A DNA stretch of 64,000 bases, taken from the NCBI GenBank assembly GCA_951406725.2, contig OX597817.1, positions 121,892,001 through 121,956,000 on the forward strand. Reading direction: 5' to 3'. The position numbers and the translations under genes are program-made. Shown here piece by piece: positions 54,699-64,000 of this stretch (position 1 is its first letter; the number at the start of each line of letters is the position of its first letter). The stretch is from Octopus vulgaris. Lineage: Eukaryota. The notes beneath the pieces were generated by a model. That model was not told the origin of the DNA and ran no database searches. It saw only the letters and a list, made by a program, of their open reading frames with translations.

Positions 54699-57600
54699 GC
54701 ACACACACATGTATACACACGCGTGCATACCACACATATATATATAAATGTGTGTATATAGCAGGTGACGTGTTATTTATACGTTATGTTTATAGACTTT
54801 TAGCAGAATTAAGTTATGTGTTTTGTTTTCAGAATTGTTACCACCAGACTCTCAATAATGATGTTTCAGAATCGAATCCTATTTTTATGTTGTGAACCAT
54901 GCTGACAAATATTAAAGCAATGCAATATACACGTCTTTAAATCTCATTAAATTGTTTATTTGACAAAGGAACCGGTTTAAATAGCAATATTTCAGAATTT
55001 TGCAGCACAATAATACTCAACACACATCATCATTAATTTAACTTACTTTCTTATCCAACAATGTGTTGTTCCGCAATATAACATAATAATGCATCGTTAA
55101 ACTTTAAAATTATTTACGTATCTTCAAGAAGAAATAAATTAGGCGTTATAATTAAACGTAGTGGGATAAACGATAATTGTAGTTCTATACTCCACTACGC
55201 CTTTGAATTAGGGATATGAAAGTTTCTGAAGTATTAGTTTATGTACTGTATGCCGTACTAATGTAATTTCGTCCCTGAAAATCTGTTTGTTTCTCTTCTG
55301 TTCAATAGTTTATTGATATCATGCAGATGGAAATGCGATCTTCAGAAAGTGTTCAGTGTTCAAATTTAGTCTTTCATGTCTAAATCCATTAATTCTGTTT
55401 TAGTTTACTAATAATTTGGATACGAGATAATGCGATCGTACATGTATGTATTGTTACTAATTCTCTCCGTTCTGATTTTATGTAAACAGATGCATGGTAT
55501 TTCTTCAAACGAAGTCTACAGAGTAATATACTTATCATTGATTTAGAAAGTTTGTATGTGCTGTAAGCCCCTGGCAGCATACTTCAATAGATATGTGTTT
55601 ACAACATCATTAATATTTAAGTAAAAGTAGTATTAGCATTTTATTTCAATCCTTGGTTCTGTTGCAGCCCTCAGTAATTAGTTGTATGCTATACGCTTAA
55701 ACATTAATAGTATAATAAATTCTTATACATATAATCGAGTCTCTAGTCATTTGCTTTAGTAAGAGGTATGAAAAATCAATATCATCACAGTTAGGTTTCA
55801 ATCCTGGTAGAAACTCATTATCTTGCAGTTCAATTTTTTAGGGACCACATTTTTTCACATTTCGATCATGGAAGAAATGTTTACATTATTATACTTATCC
55901 TTCAAATTATATACATGTCTCAAAGTGCTAATGGATCAGATACTTGCAACCCCGTTCATTTACGATTTAAAATATTGTGCTTGTGAAGTGTTATTAGTTA
56001 CAGTCCAAAGCTGAAGTAAAAGAAACATAAGGCTATGTTTCATGTCCGAAAGAAAAAAAAAATATTTACTTACTAGAAGATTAAATGTACTTTCCAACAC
56101 ATTATAAACTGCAGCTTACCTGAAAAATATAAAAAAAAAATTAAGCTTAAAGTAATAAATCAAATAATTCAGTATATTATATGACTATAGCATTGAAAAA
56201 TATTATGACGTAACATCTTTAAATTGCTTTAATAAAATTATATCAAACTATTTACATAATTTTTTACTGAATATGTAATGTAGTAATCATATATTGTAAG
56301 TTTACAATTTCCTTCGCATTCCTGTATATAACATATTGGAAAATATATCCCGAACGATTGAAGATATCTTTATACTTGAAAGTTATTCTACCTACCATAA
56401 AATATATTTTGGTCATACAACATTCAGTCATACAATATATACTGTAAAATATGTTTAAAGACTTTGAGTTGCTTTCCTGTATACCTAGGATTCATCGGTA
56501 TTGTATCACTGAAGGTATCTCGTCTTTGTAAAATATATTGGGGAAACAAGAGATGTTCATAATACAAAACTTAGGAATATAAAAAATAAACGTAAAATCG
56601 TTCGATCATTCGATATAAGCTATTAGCAATGATTTACTTTCATGTGATAATTCTGGGATACATTCTAAATGGATAACGAATCATATACTACTGCAAAAGG
56701 GGACAGGATGAAGTAGGGTAAATCGAAAGAATAGTTATTCTCTATTTTCCTCTCATATAATCAATAACAGTTGTTGTCATTTTAGGGAAATACTAGAAAG
56801 AAAACAGAAAAAAAAGATCAACAAGAAGTATCGGTAAATGACATAATTATGTGAGAAAATCTGCATGCTTGTAAAGAGAATTTGTAAAAATATTTGAATT
56901 TCTAGAAAATATCAGTAAGAATACACTGATTAAATATCAGTTTCAGGCGTTCCATAATGGAAGAATTCACCATTTTCTGAATTCCATTTTTGTGAATTAG
57001 GCATTCGCAAGAAAATCTGTGAATAGAAGCCAAGGTTTGTTGTAGATCTAGGCATGTTTATTCGCTGTCTACAAAGAAAGCCGCTATTGAATTTTTTTCG
57101 GAAAATCATCACATGCGATGACATCTGCAGCATTGGTTTGTAGAATCAATATAATAAACTTGCATTAATCGATAAGAATCACCAATCACGAGATTTGCGG
57201 ATGCATACACATGTTTTTATCTCTGACACTTCTTTAAATAGCCATTCACGTAGTTGCAAGTAGTGTTACCAAAACAAAAACTTCATGTATAGCAAATATA
57301 CGTAAGACTGAATTCAATGATTTCTTAACAAATCTTAAGCTAATTTTACACATAACATTTTAAATATTGGTATTGGTGCTGTATGTATCTATGTAATGCT
57401 GCTATATACTCATTCAAATACAAATACAAATATATGTATGTATATATATAAATATATGTGGATATGTTGCTATACACTCATATAAATACAGATACAAATA
57501 TGTGTGTGTGTGGCTATATATATAAATATACATATATATATGTATGCATTATACATACATATATATGTGTGTGTGTGTGTGTGTTGTTATGGACAAACTT

Positions 57601-57823
57601 TAGAGGCACTCAGTGTGCTGGTATTTTACTGACAAGAAAGAAAATTTCGATTGCAGCATAGTTGTCAAAACTGACGAGAAAGATTGGGTACTTACAATTA
57701 CAAAACAACAAAAAAGTCCCCAGCAGGCGGCTGCGGTAAATCGAACACTGTATCTCTTAGATTACGACTGAGTATTCCGTACCATACCTATAAGTGGTCC
57801 TTTACAAAAATTACTGTCAATTT

Positions 57824-57867
<44 letters not shown>

Positions 57868-57895
57868 TACATACATACATACATACATACATACA

Positions 57896-57927
<32 letters not shown>

Positions 57928-58202
57928 CTACTATTCAAAACTGTAAAGCACATGTTTTTATTAAAGTTATTTAGCAATTTAGCTCGGCATTCAATTGGAC
58001 TAAAGGGCACAATATATTTTAAATGGGTAGTTTTTTAATACTTTGCAGTGTAAACGTTGTGTCTTTATTATCACATTACAATACCTAGCATATCAACACT
58101 TCAAAACTATAAAGCTAATAATAGATTTTATTTCCTTCCCTGATTGTCTCAGAAAATATTCGACTGAATCGTATTCACCATGATCTAGATTACATTTCCA
58201 GT

Positions 58203-59160
58203 ATGGATAAAGCCATAAAGATCTCCGAAGTTGAGCAAGGGAAGATTCTAGTGCTGGAAGCTAGAGGCATGAGTAACTAGAAGATTGCCAAGAAGATTCA
58301 ACCAAACAGAACGCCAGTAGACAATTTTCTGAAAGCTCCTCATGGCTACAACAGTGTTCATGCTGGTGGACATTCCAAGATCACACCAGAAAGGGATGAA
58401 AGTTCCACAGTCAGAGCTGTGAAGAAGTTTCGCTGCTCTTCTATTCCCAAAATCAAGGCATCAGCAGGAGTAGGAGCCTCGACATCCACCGTAAGAAGAG
58501 TGGTTTGGAACCGTGGTTTCCATCTGAAGAAGCAGCTAGGGCGTTCGTTAGTGTCCCCTTCCCACAAAGTTGTTAGATTAGAGTTTTCTCGGCTGCATCA
58601 GAAGTGGGATGATGAATGAACCAGGATCCAGTTCTCTGAATGGAATTTGGATGAGCCCGACAGTTTTAAGTATCGCTAGACAGATAAATGTATACAAAAC
58701 TTTACTTATTCGTAGTGGCAGAACAGCGGGGGAGGTCTTATGGTGTGGGCAGCAATATCTTCCAATGGGAAGCTGCCATTTGTCATTATGGATTGCCGGC
58801 TAATGCTGCACGATAGATTGATATGTTGGACAGGGCTCATAATGGAGAAGAAAAATGTTTGCATAGTGAGAACATTATATTTCAATAGGACAATGCTCCT
58901 ATTCGTAAAGATTAGAGTTGAAGTCAAGCCATGGTCAACGGAAAGTTCCAACTTTAATCCTATAGAGAATTCCTGGGGATACCTCACGAATGTTGTGCAC
59001 AGTCAAGCCGAGCAATATTCATCCGTTGATGAACTGGTAATGGCAATAAAAAAGGCTTGGGAAGAGCTTCCACTTTATATGCTGCAAACATATATTGAAA
59101 GTATGAAATACTGTATTTTGAAGTAATTCAGAAAGGTGGTGGTCAAATACACTATTGTAG
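58203..59160 (+). pseudogene. Decayed Tc1/Tc3-type transposase
   Basis: MDKAIKISEVEQGKILVLEARGMSN*KIAKKI (HTH start), MVWAAISSNG, SSNFNPIENSWGYL...VDELVMAIKKAWEEL, GGQIHY end; many stops and frameshifts. Confidence 0.9.
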
Positions 59161-61368
59161 ATGTAGTGCAGGAGAATACCATTGAAATATGTCATATATA
59201 TATATATGCGTGTATGTATATGTATAAATGTATATATATATATGTATATATATACATACATACACACACACACATATATATATATTGTAATTTTCTTAGG
59301 TGTATGTTCGACATAAAAGCATTTCATGGATTATTGGGTAAAATTATATTCACAATAATACTTCTTAGATGGGAATTACAGTATCAAAATTTATTTTAAA
59401 AGCTAGCCATCCGACCGAAAAAGATAGTACGGTTAAAAACCCATGTTTTCAAACAGAACCAACTATAGGAGATAAGAGTAAGCCTGAAAGTAATATATTG
59501 CTACGCGTGTTCACTCGTTCAAAATATATAGTTTTCCTCCCAATATAATGTGTATAATAAAAATGAGAGCATCTGATAGTGTTTTGATAATGAATTAGCA
59601 ATGACATTTTAATAAAACTTTATCTATACTATTTTGATAAGATGTCATTTTCGAAAAATATAGATGTATTTTTAATTTGATATAAACATGACAGTATAAA
59701 ATATCTCGTGTATTAAATGTTAGAACTCATTAATAATCTAGTGTTCCTAGTAAAACATATCTCCGATGAGATGAAGTCATAACAATAGAAAGTCTATGAC
59801 ATACATAGCTCATGAAGTATTAAATTCAGTATGGGCAATTAAAACCGTACTTAATTTCAGCTTTCACACACTTTAGTCCTCAGACCACTTAATGCTATGC
59901 ATCTTGAACAAATTAGAGCAGAATTCTTTCATCTATATGGAAAATAGATTTCAATTCCAAGATAAAGATTTAATAAGAAATATTTCCCAATATTAGAAAA
60001 GTCTACTTTACAAATATTAACCATTCTCACAAGTTTAAAAAAAATATTACACACCCAATACTAAACCTAAGTGCTTAGACTCTATATACAGACAACTTTG
60101 ATCACACAAAAGTGCTTAACGACTAAATATCACGAAGTCGCCTTACAACACAATCCAACCTCTATCTCAGAGGTTCTTTTACATGAGAGCTCGACTTATA
60201 ATCTTGTAATGTTATTACAGTTGCCTGTTACCTTGGAAACCGGTTTGTCTCTATTCAGTTTTTCCCGGCTCACTTGTCTCCCCGCCCCCGACCTGCGCCC
60301 ATAATAATTCGCCTTGTGATTTCCTTCAGAAATTAGCTCTCTCTGAAATATTCTCTTTTCCCTTGCATTCCATTCAGTGATTCCTCTGAAGATATTTAAC
60401 AGAAACATTAACTGCGTCTATTTTGCTGTAAAGGTCATGAGTACAGCTTCTTCTTCTCAACTAATCCAATAAAATTTATTATGTATAATATTTATTAACT
60501 ATTTTCATCTATGTGCAACCTAGCTTCTCGTCTCGATAGACGTGGCGCATCAGTAAGTATAGTTATCTAAACATCAAATTTTCACCAAAATTCTGCTTCC
60601 AGCATAATCTAGTGCATACATCTTCAATAACAAAGACGAGAGTAAGTTCACAAAGTTTGGTAAACTCTAGTGGTTAGTTCCTTTAAGTGGTAAGTCCTTT
60701 AATGGATTTACCTCTGCCATGGGAAAAACACAAGACTGAATTATACTACACTCCACAACGATAATCGCTGGTACGAGCGGTAAGCTAAATCAAACGGTCC
60801 AATGTCTACTGCTCACCTAATTTCTACTACTGTATAAACTGTTTGTTTTCAGTCCGAGATCACTCCACCTTGACTATTTTTGCTTATACTTCACAAATAT
60901 TTCTACAGCAACATCCCGCCACTATTATTTCGTATTACGTATGAATATACTCTGCATACATCTTTAACATGTTCATAAAGAAATCGTTGAACAGTGTATG
61001 GACCATCACTTCAAGCGTTATCTCTAGATAATATCACATTGACATTTTCGAACAGCTGCTGAAGACTTGGGCCACATCTTAGGTATTAATTCCAGAAAAT
61101 ATCTACCGATTAGGATATCTGGTTGTTATATATGCTTCCTATTTACATTTTTGTAGTATGTATTTTATCAATTCCTGAGCTATAAAACTTTCCACTTCAA
61201 CATCAATGACAAATTACCGCATGCTGTAGTTAGACATGCTACAGTCACTGTCGCTAGCTTTCTGACAGAAAAAAATTCATTTTCATCTAATGTTCTGTTG
61301 TAAAGATGTAGAATTATGTATAAATGCATGTATGTGTGGTTGTTAGAACGAAGTAAATCAGACTCTCG

Positions 61369-61471
<103 letters not shown>

Positions 61472-63698
61472 ATATATTTATTATTTTCGGGCGCGTACAT
61501 TCCTATATACAAACGTGTACCTGTCTTTGTCTCACAACAGAGTATTAAAGCAAGAAGCGACTAAGAACTGTGGTTAAGTGTGGCTATTAAACAACTTAAA
61601 GGCGTTGTTCTTTGACTAAGATCAGCAAAAGAGCGGGACAGGCTGTTATAGGGGTTGACTGCGTAAACTAAATTTACAGCACTAACGATCTTGCATATAT
61701 ATAATACACACAAACATATGCACACACATATATGAATCTAATATGCATAAGAGTATGATGTATATGTGTATTCACTGGCTTAGCCAGAGCGCGAGTATTT
61801 AAAAGAATTTACGCTAGACATCATGAAGTATTTTAAGATTATGAAGGACTATATTATGTAGCGCGTTATTTCATAATGATATAATGTCATTTAAGAACGA
61901 TTTGGCGGGCATTTCTAACAGGATGGTCAACCACGATCAGGCTTCATCTTTTGACTCAAAGATATGCATTATTTCTCCCTTGTTACTGATTGAACAGTTC
62001 CTACAGCTGGATAGTACTGTTCAAATAATTTCAAACTAATTGATTGTCAAATTTGATTTGAAAATATACGGTTTACTTTTAACGATAAGACTGTAATTAA
62101 TTTGTTCCTGTGATCTTAAACCAATTTGAAAGTTAAATGCCGGATTTTTCCAGGCATAGATATTTTAATAAATTATTAACTGTCAGTTTAGAATAGAATG
62201 TTTTAGGAAATGAATCTAGTGTAATAAGAAGATAAGGGTTTTTAATTGTCGCAAATTGTCAAGAGCTCATGGTTCAGCTGATATATTTCGTTTGTGAATT
62301 AATTCCATATCTATCACAATGTCATTAGTTTGTTATAGAATTTCAGCCTGTTTTCAGTCGCTTATGAAGGAATATATTCTCTTAAAAAAATATGTAATTT
62401 GAATAATTTATATGGACATATAAGAATATCAGAATTCTTAACTATGTTACTGTACGCCTGATTATGTGTTTTCATCTGAAAATATGTTTATTTCATGTTA
62501 TCAGTGTGAGTTATGATCCTTCTTAACACAGAAAGGTTAAAAAGACATATGTTTCGATGTAGGTGAATTAAGACAACTTAAACAAAGTTCTTAAAAGAAT
62601 TTACAAATATTATTGCTAAGAATAAGGTAAATGTGAATTCCAAGAGAAACTCTTCCTTGATAATATGCAACTGCCTGAAGCAAAAGAAGGAAATGTGTGC
62701 ATAATATCTTAGCTCCAGTGAGAACTCGATAAAATCAAGAAGTGGATAGGAAAAGATTAAAAATAATAGCTCCACATCGATGACATACACTATAAAAGTA
62801 GGCGAATCTTATATTTAATTTTCATAAAGTATTTATTTGAAAACTGGAGGGGGTAACATCATGGTAGACAATGCCTCCAAGCAATAGTATGGTGGTATTT
62901 AATGCAATAAAGTATCAGCAAACATGTCAAAAATTACATAGGAAAAATAAATAATCAATTACTGTGAAAATATGTATAAACTTTTTATTGACATATGTGA
63001 AATATTAAAGATGTTATTCATGAAAATATATAAACTATATGATACTTCTGTTAATAAATAACTCAATCAGAACAGAATCCGGTCATGTATCCCAATGTGA
63101 TCAAAAACACTCCTATTATTGTGAAAATACCGAGTATCACTTGCCTAAAATGAAGAAATAACAAGATATAAAAGATTAAAATATTTAGAGCATTATTTTG
63201 AAGGGGCAAGGAAGATGGGAGTAGAGTGAGAACTGAACGAAATATTATATCAATGTTATATAAATACATCCGAATGTTACTACGAAAGGAAATCGTAGAA
63301 AGATTCTGAAAGGAGAGAAAACTGAAATATACTAATATGCTTCCATATTCAATAGCATATTCCTCTCAAGAGATCCACGGTGGGAATCTTTAACAGATAT
63401 ATTCATCTAGAGGTGAGAGTTGTTAAATCATTGCCAAATCGCACTCGAAAACATGAAGACCAAATGGGATAATTTAGATCACGATACATGTCCTTTAAAA
63501 GTGTTAAAGAGGGGATAAATACAACTAGAACGCCTATAATGATACGTGACAAACTATAACTTCAAGTGATAAGAATAGGCTCTGAAAAGCAGAGTAGAAC
63601 AGCTAGTACAATGTTTCGGTCGGATTTTCATAGTAATTACGGACGGAGAGCACGAAGCAGTGATAAGTAAAATTGTAATCTCATGATCAGTCTGAATA

Positions 63699-63927
63699 TG
63701 CTTAATGCACGTTCGGACTGTCAGGGAGAATGTATCTCACTTGTTGACAAATGGTGTGTATGTTGACAAATGATGTGTAGACCAGCTAGCAGCGCCGCCT
63801 ACATAGACTGTGAGATGCTAGTAATTTGGTGTAGTCATTTCCTCTTCGGTCACAGACACAGTCTGATTGAATGCACACCATTTGTCAACAATCGAGATAT
63901 ATTCTCCTTAACAAAGCGCATTGAGCA
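63699..63927. repeat. Imperfect inverted repeat, probable old MITE
   Basis: ggagaatgtatctcacttgttgacaaatggtgtgta versus tgcacaccatttgtcaacaatcgagatatattctcc; 18-bp tandem duplication in the left arm. Confidence 0.65.
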
Positions 63928-64000
63928 ACTTGTTCTCCAATTCGAATGTGTATCAAGCTTATTAGGATTGATAATAACATTGCAATTTCACCTATCACTG

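Noticed and set aside
62578-63269. Hydrophobic minus-strand ORFs as membrane-protein exons
   Set aside because: Short, expected from T-rich composition, with no recognisable family and no consistent exon chain.

Overview
AT-rich, microsatellite-dense animal DNA with no recognisable intact host gene. The tRNA-derived SINE families suggest a cephalopod (Octopus-like) intergenic or intronic region; this is recognised from memory, not from a search. Almost all track ORFs are microsatellite or SINE artefacts. Supported content: decayed mariner and Tc1-type transposases, a Tc1/mariner MITE, Dong/R4-like LINE fragments in (TAA)n, many SINE copies including a tandem array, and many 3' ends of Penelope-like elements (PLEs), one with a GIY-YIG C-terminus. 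The main signal is that several unrelated PLE-like families share one architecture: (TA)n, an inverted copy lacking the terminal 55-85 nt, a short spacer, a direct copy with that tail, then (TA)n. These and other relics carry type I hammerhead-ribozyme (HHR)-like motifs. Some have palindromic stem III, some have long stem II inserts, and some have non-canonical cores, notably a compensatory G3-C8 swap. A locally templated insertion into a LINE and a possible three-exon orphan ORF are also visible.
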